Source of the DNA: Paraphysomonas bandaiensis
Taxonomy: Eukaryota; Protista; Chrysophyceae
NCBI GenBank assembly: GCA_965644295.1
Contig: CBFFRP010000312.1
Span: forward strand, 1 to 64,000
Reading direction: 5' to 3'
Length of the DNA stretch: 64,000 nucleotides
Positions 20,597 to 35,466 of the stretch are shown here, one piece after another; positions within the stretch are counted from its first letter, which is position 1; the number at the start of each line of letters is the position of its first letter. Both the position numbers and the translations under genes were made by a program. The notes under the pieces were generated by a model that made no database searches, had not been told where the DNA came from, and saw only the letters and a list, made by a program, of their open reading frames with translations.

Positions 20597-23500
20597 TCAT
20601 ACCCTGACATTACCAATCCATATTACGCGACCATTGCTCTCAAAGGATGGTCGCGTAACCAAAACATCAGCCAAAACTGAAACTTCACGCTGCATCGGTG
20701 GCTGATTGTCGCAACAACTGCTAGACAGTATAGTGGTAAAAAGGCTAGACGGTAGTAAGAACCCCGATTGGCCGTTAATCCTGGCGCTGATTTCAGTAAG
20801 CCCGGACCGCGATTCAACCGGTATATAAGGGAAGGAGATTTGGGCGGACTGTATTCGCGTTCGAGCACAACTTTCTGTGCACTTATCAAACCTTTTATAA
20901 ATATCACAGCCGTTGCGCAGAGCGGCTATTCTTCGCGAACAACTGTCTAAAGCTGAATTCCAGCCGTCCGAACAAGATATGTTAAATTCCGGTATGAGAT
21001 CAACGACAGTATGTTCGGATCTTGTCATGGATAGGATATCATGCTTTGCATCATACGACTTCACATGAGCAAATCGAATCCGGACATAGTTTCCTTCTTC
21101 GAGCCATGGTACCAATTTAGATTCACCCAATACACAATCAGGCAGGGCATAGTGAAACATTACGGTAGTAAAACAATTATCGATTGCGTACACTTCAATG
21201 CCAGACGGGCCCGAGTTGTAAGGATGGCGCACTAGCCTCCATCCCACTACTACGCAGTCCAATGACTTGTCACCCATTGGAAAAGATGAAGAAGCTGTAA
21301 CCAAGGGGTATGAATCAATACTTGATTGTGATGGATGAACTTGCGATGATTTCGTCGATATAACCTTAGTAATAGAATGTGCACCTGCAGTTTCCAATAA
21401 AACTCTTCCTCCAAAATTTCTTGCTATATACTTGAGGTGAGATACCAACACCTCATTTCCAATGGAGAAGCATGTGAGAAAGTCAGCATCGTCAGTTGTG
21501 TCGCTATTAACACGACATCTGATCCAAACATCAGCACCAGATAACACGCACGTACCCAGCACATCAATAAACTGCATTTTTCGACTCTGAAAACCCCGGT
21601 CAAACAGATATGATATGTAGTAGCGCAATGACTCACCATGCTCACTGAATTAGTCTGTTGCGTCCGCAGCATGTTATGCATCATATCTCTTCGAAGGTTT
21701 TGAACTTGAGCATATGTAGATTTAACGGAGGCAATATCATCCTCTCGCAGATCGACATCACGGCCATTATCCATATCCTGTGGTTTAAGTGATAAACACA
21801 TAAGTCATACACAATGTGCTATCTTACAATTATAATATTGCGAATTCTATCAGTGCAGTTTACTTCATTCAATAGGCTAGACAATGATAAAGATTCGTCC
21901 TCCTGCAAGCTTTCCTCGGCGGCATACTTCATCTTCTCCTCCACTCCGACTAACACTTCCAGCTCCCGTCGATTCAGAAAATATACAGAACCTTTCACAT
22001 CGGAAAAAACCTTCGTTGTCGGTGGCGAAACATAGCGGACCTGTATCCGCACAGCAAATATGGGCCCTCCCTCTGCAATAATTTCAGAGATACAGCAATC
22101 GTTTCATATACATAAGACACCTGAGCATAGAGTAGCCACTGATAACCCTCTAGGAAGGGCAGCCGGTCTCACATATCCGAGCTTTGCATCCACTCGCGCT
22201 CTTCGAATACAATTATAAAAGAGTTTCACAGAAGATTTTCCGTGTCCCTCCTCCTCAAAAGTAGCGCCAAAGACGACGATTTTGCAACCGTCATTGAGTT
22301 TTCCCTGAGTACATATCAATTGACTACATATCACAAGCACGAATTATCAGACCGTATGTATCAGCTTGGAAACAATGAGTTCATCGAGCTTTGCTTTGTT
22401 CCACCACCACCCGTCTGATATGCGCACATAGAATCCGTTGTTCTGTAGTGGCTGAATAGATACACATACAACTATCGGCCACACTAAACTGTGAATATCA
22501 ACACATCGTTGGAGCGGAGACATGGCTCCTCGAGTTTTAAATTTAATTTTTTCTCTTTCTTTAGACTCCGTACGCTTCATGTGGGGGGACGTGTACATAT
22601 TAAATCTGTAAGATACTGCAGCACACACATTATCGAATGACAACAACTTCCCAAGATATTTCGTTGGCCATCTCCTCTCGTAGGAGGCTAGGGTCCAAAT
22701 AACCCAGGTCACTTGATACCCTACCCAGTCAATCATTCGCCGAGAAAGACACACAGGAGATATATAATCAGCGATCGCGTATATAAGAGGAGAGGGTTTG
22801 TCATTACCAGGTTCATTGAGCTGTTGATGAATAGATATCTCGTTACCTTGGAAAAATCGAATGTAACCGGCATTGTAGGAGAATATTTTACACAGAGCTT
22901 CAAATCTTTGTGTCTTAAGCAATATCTCATCACATCTAGAAGAGACCTCGCTTGTCATTAGAGCACGTTCTTTATCCTCTGCCAAGCGAATAACGGCTCT
23001 GAGGTCAAAATCCGTCGTTAAGTGCTGATCATTATCAGAAAAGAGAATTTTATTGACATCACGGGGAATACTACGATCACCATCTGCACTATCTCTGGAA
23101 CTACAACTATCCTGGTCCAACTTTTCATGTAGAGATAACGAACAAGATTCACGGTTATTGTCAACACCACTAAATGATTTCACCGATACCAAACCATTTA
23201 ACATATCATCAGAAACACCAACCACAGGACTAATGTGATCACAAACAGGTAACTTTGAACCACCCATAGCAACAACACTAGGTGACGAAGGTTGTACCAT
23301 TGGAGTACTAGAATTCTCACTACTCAATAAGGCATTCGCACGATGCATAGATTCCTCAGATACAGATACACTAGAACCTCCCGCAGTGGAAAACATGGAG
23401 GTTGAACGACGAGGTTCACGACCCGTAGTAACAACACTAGATGACGAAGGTTGTACCATTGGAGTACTAGATCCATACACCAGTGACTTGCTAATACCAT

Positions 23501-26500
23501 CATCACCTTTCTTCTCACTACTCAATAAGGCATTCGCACGATGCATAGATTCCTCAGATACAGATACACTAGAACCTCCCGCAGTGGAAAACATGGAGAT
23601 TGAACGACGAGGTTCACGACCCGTAGTAACAACACTAGATGACGAAGGTTGTACCATTGGAGTACTAGATCCATACACCAGTGACTTGCTAATACCATCA
23701 TCACCTTTCTTCTCACTACTCAATAAGGCATTCGCACGATGCATAGATTCCTCAGATACAGATACACTAGAACCTCCCGCAGTGGAAAACATGGAGGTTG
23801 AACGACGAGGTTCACGACCCGTAGTAACAACACTAGATGACGAAGGTTGTACCATTGGAGTACTAGATCCATACACCAGTGACTTGCTAATACCATCATC
23901 ACCTTTCTTCTCACTACTCAATAAGGCATTCGCACGATGCATAGATTCCTCAGATACAGATACACTAGAACCTCCCGCAGTGGAAAACATGGAGGTTGAA
24001 CGACGAGGTTCACGACCCGTAGTAACAACACTAGATGACGAAGGTTGTACCATTGGAGTACTAGATCCATACACAAGTGACTTGCTAATACCATCATCAC
24101 CTTTCTTCTCACTACTCAATAAGGCATTCGCACGATGCATAGATTCCTCAGATACAGATACACTAGAACCTCCCGCAGTGGAAAACATGGAGGTTGAACG
24201 ACGAGGTTCACGACCCGTAGTAACAACACTAGATGACGAAGGTTGTACCATTGGAGTACTAGATCCATACACCAGTGACTTGCTAATGCCATCATCACCT
24301 TTCTTCTCACTACTCAATAAGGCATTCGCACGATGCATAGATTCCTCAGATACAGATACACTAGAACCTCCCGCAGTGGAAAACATGGAGGTTGAACGAC
24401 GAGGTTCACGACCCGTAGTAACAACACTAGATGACGAAGGTTGTACCATTGGAGTACTAGATCCATACACCAGTGACTTGCTAATACCATCATCACCTTT
24501 CTTCTCACTACTCAATAAGGCATTCGCACGATGCATAGATTCCTCAGATACAGATACACTAGAACCTCCCGCAGTGGAAAACATGGAGGTTGAACGACGA
24601 GGTTCACGACCCGTAGTAACAACACTAGATGACGAAGGTTGTACCATTGGAGTACTAGATCCATACACAAGTGACTTGCTAATACCATCATCACCTTTCT
24701 TCTCACTACTCAATAAGGCATTCGCACGATGCATAGATTCCTCAGATACAGATACACTAGAACCTCCCGCAGTGGAAAACATGGAGGTTGAACGACGAGG
24801 TTCACGACCCGTAGTAACAACACTAGATGACGAAGGTTGTACCATTGGAGTACTAGATCCATACACAAGTGACTTGCTAATACCATCATCACCTTTCTTC
24901 TCACTACTCAATAAGGCATTCGCACGATGCATAGATTCCTCAGATACAGATACACTAGAACCTCCCGCAGTGGAAAACATGGAGGTTGAACGACGAGGTT
25001 CACGACCCGTAGTAACAACACTAGATGACGAAGGTTGTACCATTTGAGTACTAGATCCATACACAAGTGACTTGCTAATACCATCATCACCTTTCTTCTC
25101 ACTACTCAATAAGGCATTCGCACGATGCATAGATTCCTCAGATACAGATACACTAGAACCTCCCGCAGTGGAAAACATGGAGGTTGAACGACGAGGTTCA
25201 CGACCCGTAGTAACAACACTAGATGACGAAGGTTGTACCATTGGAGTACTAGATCCATACACCAGTGACTTGCTAATACCATCATCACCTTTCTTCTCAC
25301 TACTCAATAAAGCATTCGCACGATGCATAGATTCCTCAGATACAGATACACTAGAACCTCCCGCAGTGGAAAACATGGAGGTTGAACGACGAGGTTCACG
25401 ACCCGTAGTAACAACACTAGATGACGAAGGTTGTACCATTGGAGTACTAGATCCATACACCAGTGACTTGCTAACACCATCATCACCTTTCTTCTCACTA
25501 CTCAATAAGGCATTCGCACGATGCATAGATTCCTCAGATACAGATACACTAGAACCTCCCGCAGTGGAAAACATGGAGGTTGAACGACGAGGTTCACGAC
25601 CCGTAGTAACAACACTAGATGACGAAGGTTGTACCATTGGAGTACTAGATCCATACACAAGTGACTTGCTAATACCATCATCACCTTTCTTCTCACTACT
25701 CAATAAGGCATTCGCACGATGCATAGATTCCTCAGATACAGATACACTAGAACCTCCCGCAGTGGAAAACATGGAGGTTGAACGACGAGGTTCACGACCC
25801 GTAGTAACAACACTAGATGACGAAGGTTGTACCATTGGAGTACTAGATCCATACACAAGTGACTTGCTAATACCATCATCACCTTTCTTCTCACTACTCA
25901 ATAAGGCATTCGCACGATGCATAGATTCCTCAGATACAGATACACTAGAACCTCCCGCAGTGGAAAACATGGAGGTTGAACGACGAGGTTCACGACCCGT
26001 AGTAACAACACTAGATGACGAAGGTTGTACCATTGGAGTACTAGATCCATACACCAGTGACTTGCTAATGCCATCATCACCTTTCTTCTCACTACTCAAT
26101 AAGGCATTCGCACGATGCATAGATTCCTCAGATACAGATACACTAGAACCTCCCGCAGTGGAAAACATGGAGGTTGAACGACGAGGTTCACGACCCGTAG
26201 TAACAACACTAGATGACGAAGGTTGTACCATTGGAGTACTAGATCCATACACCAGTGACTTGCTAATACCATCATCACCTTTCTTCTCACTACTCAATAA
26301 GGCATTCGCACGATGCATAGATTCCTCAGATACAGATACACTAGAACCTCCCGCAGTGGAAAACATGGAGGTTGAACGACGAGGTTCACGACCCGTAGTA
26401 ACAACACTAGATGACGAAGGTTGTACCATTGGAGTACTAGATCCATACACCAGTGACTTGCTAATACCATCATCACCTTTCTTCTCACTACTCAATAAGG

Positions 26501-27464
26501 CATTCGCACGATGCATAGATTCCTCAGATACAGATACACTAGAACCTCCCGCAGTGGAAAACATGGAGGTTGAACGACGAGGTTCACGACCCGTAGTAAC
26601 AACACTAGATGACGAAGGTTGTACCATTGGAGTACTAGATCCATACACCAGTGACTTGCTAATACCATCATCACCTTTCTTCTCACTACTCAATAAGGCA
26701 TTCGCACGATGCATAGATTCCTCAGATACTGATACACTAGAACCTCCCGCAGTGGAAAACATGGAGGTTGAACGACGAGGTTCACGACCCGTAGTAACAA
26801 CACTAGATGACGAAGGTTGTACCATTGGAGTACTAGATCCATACACCAGTGACTTGCTAATACCATCATCACCTTTCTTCTCACTACTCAATAAGGCATT
26901 CGCACGATGCATAGATTCCTCAGATACAGATACACTAGAACCTCCCGCAGTGGAAAACATGGAGGTTGAACGACGAGGTTCACGACCCGTAGTAACAACA
27001 CTAGATGACGAAGGTTGTACCATTGGAGTACTAGATCCATACACAAGTGACTTGCTAATACCATCATCACCTTTCTTCTCACTACTCAATAAGGCATTCG
27101 CACGATGCATAGATTCCTCAGATACAGATACACTAGAACCTCCCGCAGTGGAAAACATGGAGGTTGAACGACGAGGTTCACGACCCGTAGTAACAACACT
27201 AGATGACGAAGGTTGTACCATTGGAGTACTAGATCCATACACAAGTGACTTGCTAATACCATCATCACCTTTCTTCTCACTACTCAATAAGGCATTCGCA
27301 CGATGCACATATACATTTCTTGCATGTTTGTATTGCAGTGTTTGTGATGGTTCTGTGTACTGAAAGTCGTCGTTCTGGCTCTCACCTGCGTTCGGATAGT
27401 CTGTTCTCTTTCTCTTTTGATTGATAACTCCTGTTTGAGGTGATAATATATGCTCGTCACACAT
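20597..27464 (-). CDS. BRCA2: BRCA2 ortholog with 20 BRC repeats, helical domain and OB folds; about 5 exons
   Basis: BRC motif MFSTAGGSSVSVSEESMHRANALL occurs 20 times. Helical domain WVGYQVTWVIWTLASYERR. OB1 ISDGWW...GKL..GCKIVVFGA...LFYNCIRRARVDAKLGY...EGG. The large exon 27464-22353 is followed by short introns; the 3' end is uncertain. Confidence 0.92.
23270..27308 (-). repeat. 198-bp coding tandem array (66 aa unit, about 20.4 copies)
   Basis: Exact 198-bp periodicity (20 shadow ORFs at 198-bp spacing) with only a few substitutions among copies. Confidence 0.98.
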
Positions 27465-28520
27465 CTTTATATATATAGGATTTAACAGGAAAAATAAACT
27501 CGTATCGCTGCCACGTTATTAGCATTGGTGTTTCTCACTTAAGAGAGGGTACAATGACACCATTATAACGTAGAACAGTGGTACACATGAGTTTATATTG
27601 AATGTCTGCTCCATCTATTGATCTTAACCCATACATACATCTTGACACATACATATACATACATACATGTACACTGTATATAATTGAAATTTGATTTTTA
27701 TTACATGAATTTCCATACATTAAAAATACCTGAAAAAACAAGTCAGAAATCAGAAGTGAGAAACAAAAATGGAAAGTTGGAAAGTTGATTCTGATGAGTG
27801 GTTTGAACGTTATTGTTGGGACAAACAGGACGAACTATATCAGATGGATGTATCCATATGGATGTTAGTGTATCATAGATATGAGCGTATGGTATCTATG
27901 GATATGAGATATCAATGCCTTGAGATGGAGTCATAACGAACAGCAACCACAATGTCGCTGTCAAGTGAATATACTAATCAGTACCTGATGATTAGTCTCA
28001 TATTCATATCCTCATACCTCAGCAAGTTTCCCTTTGTATCCATAGTGCGAGGTGAACGATGACTACTCAGGAATGCTGTGGCTCTGTACTATACTTCACT
28101 GTAACACTAAAACCTCGTGATTAGTATGTTTGGTTTTATATCAATGTTCAGTTATATTTACAGCTATTCACAATTTCGTCTTGTTCCCAATTCATACAGA
28201 TATACAGTATACAGGGATTAGTCAGAAGCACCACTAGAATAATGCTGCAGAAATAGCTTTGTAGTGGATTAGAACTGCTTAAAAGCCACCATTATTCAAT
28301 ATACTCGTAGCAAAGCAAAAAAGTGAAGCAATATTAATAGCATTGTAAATTAATTAGATATTATATATATCGCAGTAATCAACATAATGCTTCTGAAATG
28401 TTTAATAAGAGAACACACGATCAAATTAAATCGCCCCACTAACAATAAAGCGTGGGGAATGGCATCACTAGATAGTGCCCCATCATCACCATTCAAACGC
28501 TGGACAGGGAGAATATAAAT

Positions 28521-30008
28521 CTAACTATCATTACTATGATCCGGGGTCAATGTAAACCGTGGTGTGTGATTTCCTTTAAAGTTGCCTTTTATTTTGGGAA
28601 GCTTGAAAACTTCGTCCAGCTGCAGGGACGTAGTTGATTTCAAGTATTCGATTGCTTGATGGTATACCTGATGCACGAAATTATTACATTTCCCTAAGAG
28701 CACATCAATATACTTACTTCATGACTGAGACTTTCATTGGTTAAATACTCTGGACTCACGCATATATCGTACCCTACACAAGTATCCCCACTTTTATCAA
28801 GAATCTCATGTGGTGAATTGTTTCCGGTCACCATTTTACCAACAGGAATAGACTCGTGTGTACACATGTTGATAAATACTTTACCACCATCAGAATTCTT
28901 CGTCTTTATAACATTAAACGGGACACCGTCAATGCACTTAATAGCATCACTGGTAGTGTCAGGTCCTAGCCCTTCGCTTGCAGTATCTATTCTCACTGTA
29001 GGTTTATTTTCAGCTGATTCCCCAACTTCAACCTTCGTCTCTAATACAATATTTTCAGCTGATACCCCAACTTCGGCCTTCGTCTCCAATATAACCCCAG
29101 CAGATTCAGTCTCTGTCCCTATCCGATGATCGGACGCTGTCTCTGTTTCAGTGTCTATTTCAGACGAAGTATCTACACTATTAGATGCAATCCCTAACAT
29201 GGCCTCCACGTTAGCCTCTGCATGTTTTCGAGATGACGCATCTTCTTCACCATCTTTTTGTAAGGACTCTAACTTCTCTGCATTTTGTGTTGATGTTGCC
29301 GCTTCTCTTCTAGAGTCGACTTCTAACTCTAACCTAGCAATCTCTTCAGCTTCCGCTCGTACGAGATTCTCGGTGATAATGACAGCGTCTATGTTGGATT
29401 CTTGTACAGATAAGTTCTTTCCGGGCTTCTCTTTGGAAGCCCCAGTAGACCTAAGTTCCTGTTTTTCGCAAGTTGAGGGTGCATTTTTCAGTACAACTCG
29501 TTCTGGCAACTTTACTTTTATAGATAATTCATCCTGTGCAGTAGAAAATATAAGTGCGACATATCGCATAGAAGACATTTCTTACCTGTCCGAAATAACA
29601 ATGGTTACATGCACGCACGTACCCATATTCTCTAAACTCTTTTATTTTTACAGTACCTCGTGAACAGCTATCGCATACTACATCCCCGCACACATGACAG
29701 TGATACTTCCACGTAAAGAAGGAAAACTGTGCAGCACATATCATACAGTTGTCAATATCACTTGCGGCCACCCAGCCAATGAATCGGTAATCTGGGGCGT
29801 GACGAAAACGAACGAACACTCTTCGTAAGTTAATTTTATGTCCATTTACGATGGCATCACTCTTCTTCACTACAACTGCTGGGTTTTCACGAGGATCAAC
29901 TCCAGAGAAGGGATCACTGCTTCTCTCCAATAGCACACAATCATCTAAGCATGGAAGGTTTTCATTTCCTTCAGTGTTATTTCGCAGAGTTTCAATCACT
30001 TCTTCCAT
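28521..30008 (-). CDS. FYVE zinc finger plus acidic linker plus PIH1-N-like domain protein; 3 exons
   Basis: FYVE: WVAASDIDNCMICAAQFSFFTWKYHCHVCGDVVCDSCS...VRACNHCY. PIH1-like: KVFINMCTHESIP...DKSGDTCVGYDICVSP...KLPKIKGNFKG. Introns at ~29585-29535 and ~28718-28668. Confidence 0.8.
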
Positions 30009-30378
30009 TATCAATATTCGCTGCTTGTGTCATATCAGGATATAGAAAGAGGCAGATAGATGCATCATTCGACCGCTTCAATCATAGGCGCCAGTCACTG
30101 CCATTGCTCCCACCACTGTATACTTGGCATGTATTTACCGTATTGTATATTGTGTTGTACGTACATTCCGACTGAAAAAAACATATAGAAGGAATACTCT
30201 ACACCAGAGTAGAGGTATACATGCATACAGTGTAGTTATGTGCTGCTGCAGAGGTAGGTGCTTATATACACAACTTCCCCCTGTCTGTACACTGCTTTCT
30301 ATATATGGGTAAGCTAATAGTCCCTCAGATAGGCATATAGTTTCCATTTCATTAGTCCACCACAATATCCCATTAGCT

Positions 30379-31427
30379 ATGGATTCTCCTCTGGTATCAA
30401 TAGACACGCAACACGAGGACATGATTCATGACTCTCAATTTGATTATTATTCCAAGCGTGTGGCCACATGCTCATCAGATAGAACCATTAAAATATTTGA
30501 TGTCAGTGGTGATATGTATCATAACTCGGCAACGCTCAGGGGTCATGACGGTCCCGTTTGGCAAGTTGCGTGGGCCCATCCCAAGTTTGGTGTTATTTTG
30601 GCATCGTGTTCATATGATGGCACTGTCATTATTCACCGCGAAACAACATCTAATAATTGGAGCAAAGTCTATCACCATAAAATCCACAAATCTTCTGTCA
30701 ACTCAATATCTTGGGCACCACATGAATATGGTCTTATTCTTGCTTGTGCCTCCTCTGATGGACGCGTATCAATTTTAGAACATAGAGACGACAATTGGTG
30801 GGTTCGTATGACAGTATTTTTTTTGTAATAAATGTATTTTAGGACTTATTCTCTCATACAAAACGACAGCCTTGGGTGCAACTCGGTGTCATGGGCTCCT
30901 TTTAGTGCTTTGGGTTCTCTACTGGAAAATGGACGATCTATAAAGAGACTTGTCACTGCTTCTTGCGACAATGCCGTACGCATCTGGCGCCAGCAAGAGG
31001 GTCAGGGTGGCAGCTGGGTGGAAGAGAAATACAAATCTCAGCCACATACTGGTAAGGGTTACATGCTTCAACTGTAATAATGCATGAGTGGGTTTCAATA
31101 TATGATTTTATAAATTTCGCAGATTGGGTACGTGATGTTGCCTGGGCTCCGAATACTGGGATGCCTATCAATATCATTGCCAGCTGCTCTGAGGACCGTA
31201 CAGTAGTGATATGGAAGCAAACAGAGAAGGACAGTGACAAAGATTGCTCGTGGGTGCCGTATCGTATGAAGGAATTCGATTCACCAGTGTGGAGGGTCAG
31301 TTGGTCCGTAACTGGGAACGTCCTTGCGGTCTCTACCGGGGACCATAATGTCACTCTCTGGAAGCAGTCAGTAGATGAGAAATGGGTACAAGTTGTTACA
31401 ATTGACGACGACGTTGATGCTATGTAA
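30379..31427 (+). CDS. SEC13: Protein transport protein SEC13 (WD40); 3 exons
   Basis: [56 protein letters not shown] and [16 protein letters not shown]. Confidence 0.97.
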
Positions 31428-32969
31428 TACATTAGAAAACGGAACAGATTGTAGATGAATGAGTATGTTTCTGACCTGTGGAGTTTAGTTGCCATTAATG
31501 CGTGCCACACATTTTAATTAATCTCATAGGCTCAATACTTATTGACCAGGATATAATGGTATAGAAAAATTCAAGCTACAATGAATTGCAGCTTATACTA
31601 ATAGTGTTAGAAGAATGTAAAAGTAAATACTAGAGAGTGCCAGGCGACTTGATATTGTGTTTTTCTTGTGAGCTATTGGAGTGATGAAAAAAAACTGGGA
31701 AGGTGAAGACAACCAATTTTCTCCCCTAACCCCTGCATAATTTATACTTTATACTGTATTTTTATATATTATTTATGTCCTTATATACTGCATGGTAATA
31801 ATTAATTGCTTTATATAGTAAAGATTAGAGAAGCCCCCCTTCAGGTTTGAGGTTTGAGAGGTATGAAGGATGTAGGTACATCGACAATGCATAATGCAAT
31901 ACAGTGTGATGCACACAATACTTTCTATCCGTTAATCTGATCCGTCACTACTCATACGCCTATTAGTGCTTCTTATATCTACTATTCAGTGAGAATATTG
32001 TATTTTGGCACGTTGATATCACGATGATACTAATTCATACTTCATATATTCGCACTGAAAACATATGCGTGTATGTTGCCGGCTTTTCGTCTTCTGCAAC
32101 ATGCATGAGGTACATAATAATTAGTTTATAATAGACTAAATGTAGCTGATATCTGATTATGAATAGCTAGGGCCGATAATGATACTGCCAAATTTTCTAA
32201 ATGATGCAATATTAGACCCGATAATGATGCTACTAAGCGTGATGACAATACTTCTTGTTGGGACGATGACTTCTAATATATTATGCTTTTGTATCTTATG
32301 ATAAATTATGATACTAGACAATAAATTTAATGGTATTAAGGGTAGACCCTATGTCAGTATATTATTTATTGATGGAAGCTACAGATACTATATGCTTGCA
32401 ATATATTGCTTTTAGCATTGATAGCGTACTGACAATACAAATTTCACTATTATATCATTTCGAATATTCAAAAAGGAGTGAATCTATACTAAGCTCAAAC
32501 ATATCAGTGAAATTTAGTGGATTATACGTACCATATCAGAAGAGAGCAAGTACTAGTTGCCGCCTTATGAACGTGTTAGATTAATTCCACGCTCATTTTT
32601 AACACAGAAGTGATGTGTGAGTGTACTATAAGTACTACGCCTATCCACATCATTAGCATATGAATTAAACGATTATAAGCGCTCCTTGGCTTACGGTACT
32701 ATAGATAGACCCCAACAGATGTTGGGTCCTCCATCTTCGATATTGTGATGATTGGCTCGTTGGACTGAAAACTCAACGGCAATAATACCGTAGAATACGC
32801 ATCATATTTTGTTGTTTTTTTGCCGCTTTTATGCCTATAGTATTCAACTGTCCACTGACAGTTTTTTATTGCTGTGCTGTGGATCCACATGACATGCAAG
32901 GAAACGTACAGTCAGCAGCAACGCTGTCTTAAACACAACAATCTGCCTGACATTGGAGCATAATTGCAA

Positions 32970-34239
32970 ATGGCAACACCATCAGCTGATGTGAGCAATA
33001 TTTCGAAGCAGCCTGCAACTTCCAAGAGAAAACCTGTAAGAAAATGGACTCCAGAGGAGGTAACCGCCATAGCCTAACGTATATGCGCAATGTCATGTGT
33101 CCGTAGGATGAATTAATGATATCACTAGTGAAAGAATATGGAACGCGTCATTGGGGGTTAATTGGCTCAAAGTTATCAGGACGCACTGGAAAACAATGCA
33201 GGGAGCGTTGGCACAACCAGCTTGATCCATCTATATCGAAGCATGGCTGGACCCCTGAGGAGGAAAGTATATTGATTAAGGTGTTGAACCAATTACATAA
33301 TGAAGAAAACTTTAACTATTATATTAGGCTCATGCAGAACTAGGCAATAAATGGGCTGAAATTGCTAAATATCTCCCGGGTAGAACTGACAACACCATCA
33401 AAAACCATTGGAACAGTTCCAAAAGAAGAATAATGCGAATGGAGAGTACTGCCCCCACTTTTCCAGATAATGGTATTCAGGAGATGGTTCACGATTCAGA
33501 GGATATCTTTGGTAGATTTTCTGATAAGAAGGTCGAGAAACTTGATTCAACTCCTGTGTCTATTGCAAGGCCTGTTGTACTTTCTCGAAAGACGCCGTCT
33601 CCTGGCACCCTCATAACAGATACTCAGAAAACGCCGCGGTCAATCAAGTCACACAAGGCTGCAAAGTTGCCCCCGTGTAGCAGGAATTCGAAGGAATCTA
33701 GGAATGGATGGATCAGTCCTATCAATCTGCCGCTGAGTTTCAATCTTCCGGTTAAGATTGAGGAGGCCCCTGTGGAAGACAGAGAAGCGGCAGATACACT
33801 TATTTCCATGGCTGATACGGGCACATCAAATTTTATTGGTAAGAAGCGCGACTCGTGTAATTTATTGGTGAAGTCGGAATTAGAATATTCCGTGCCCTAT
33901 TCTAGCTACCCTAATAAGAAGCCAACTATGACCACCGCGATGAATCACAGCTCATCCTTCCCTTCAAATCCATCGGGATCAACTGTTTTGCCATCCAAAG
34001 AGTCGTGCATTGAGTCATCTCATATATCTGTCCCTCCACCTGCGGATATTCCATCCGTTAAACATACTTTACGTTTGTTGGCGGACACTGCAATCGAGTA
34101 CTGCCCAACCAGGTCTACACCTACTCAGTCCACAATAAAAGGCAATAGGCGAACGGGTTCCATCAAAAGTTCGCCGATCACTGGATGCACACAATTTACA
34201 ACAATATCTTCATCTACATCTTTTGACATGCAATTCTAA
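32970..34239 (+). CDS. R2R3-type MYB transcription factor; 3 exons
   Basis: KWTPEE|DE...[26 protein letters not shown]...WTPEEE...[26 protein letters not shown]. Confidence 0.93.
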
Positions 34240-35466
34240 TCATATGTTATTCTTGGGAATCATAAACGGATTCTTGTGTAATACGTTGCATATAAATTCC
34301 CCTTATTCATGAGCATTTTCAACCGAAATGTGGAGTGCATTCTTGATTATTAGGATTACTTCGCATACTCAGTTTGCTCTGTTATTAGAGCTCACCAGAT
34401 ATTCAAGTATTTTATATTCGATATTTTAATTATAATGAATTATAGAGTTGACTTATATTGGTTGCTTACCTACTGAAATTTCTAGCTAACCACTTAAATA
34501 TAATTCTAAGAAGGTGTAAAGTGCGATTCTCCATGTCTTGTGACTGGACGACGAAGTAGAACTATTTTAGAAGCTGATTTCTAAAAGCAACTGTTTTTCA
34601 AAGTAAAGGCTTGCTCACTCTGATTCCCGTCTTGCTACTGTACAAAGTTTGTGCTGCTCGAAATGCTATATACAACAAAGTATATATAGATTTCCTGCAC
34701 TCTCTCCGTAATGATGGGGGCGATTCGGATAATTTTACTGATATAGAACAATCACATATGCTTTTTGGGCAAGCATAGACAGATCAATAAATAGCTAGCT
34801 CGAACTATAGCGCAGAAGCACGCATATCATCCACAGCGCATGGAGTACAAGTGAAATGATATAATATAATATGAGATGCAGTGTCACATTTACTGTTCTA
34901 TATATCCTATTAGTAAAAGGCATGCATGAACCACATTATGGTAATTATCTGTTATATCTAAAACCATCTCCTCCTTACACTACAATGCTATTCTTACGTG
35001 TCTATCCTATGTCTCGTAACTGGAAATGTCATAATTCTTCATGGTGTAGTGAGCACACTGGGGCTTATTTCAGCAGTGGCATGTGGGGAACGTGCTTAGA
35101 CAACAGCGTACACTGTGGTGTCCATATCTACTGTTGTGTTAGCCAATGAGTTTTCTTTAATAAATGATCAAGTTCATTCATTGGATAGATATTCCTCCAG
35201 AATTTTTTTGATGTACTCAGGAGCAGCAGGTTGGCGACAACAGAGCTGTTAGGTTTTGCAATGTATGGAGCGTGTATCCATATGATGCATACGCAGGTAA
35301 TTCCATACATCACACTCCAAAAATTCGCACACAACAACACAGAACTGAACCATTCAATTCCTCCCCAACCAACACTCTGCTATCTATAGGCCCACTGAAC
35401 ATGTAGTACAATGCTACTCCTCCTATCGTACTGGTGAAACTCTAGAGATAGCTTTCTATTGCTGTG

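Noticed and set aside
23386-27363. Long antisense ORFs (553 and 763 aa) and twenty 64-aa ORFs
   Set aside because: Shadows of the in-frame 198-bp BRC array. One point change stops the antisense frame without affecting BRCA2.
27790-27835. CTGATGAG hammerhead core
   Set aside because: No stem II followed by GAAA and no flanking helices.
32140-32340. Short CCGATAATGAT repeats after TAGGG as a TE end
   Set aside because: No partner TIR, TSD or coding remnant found.
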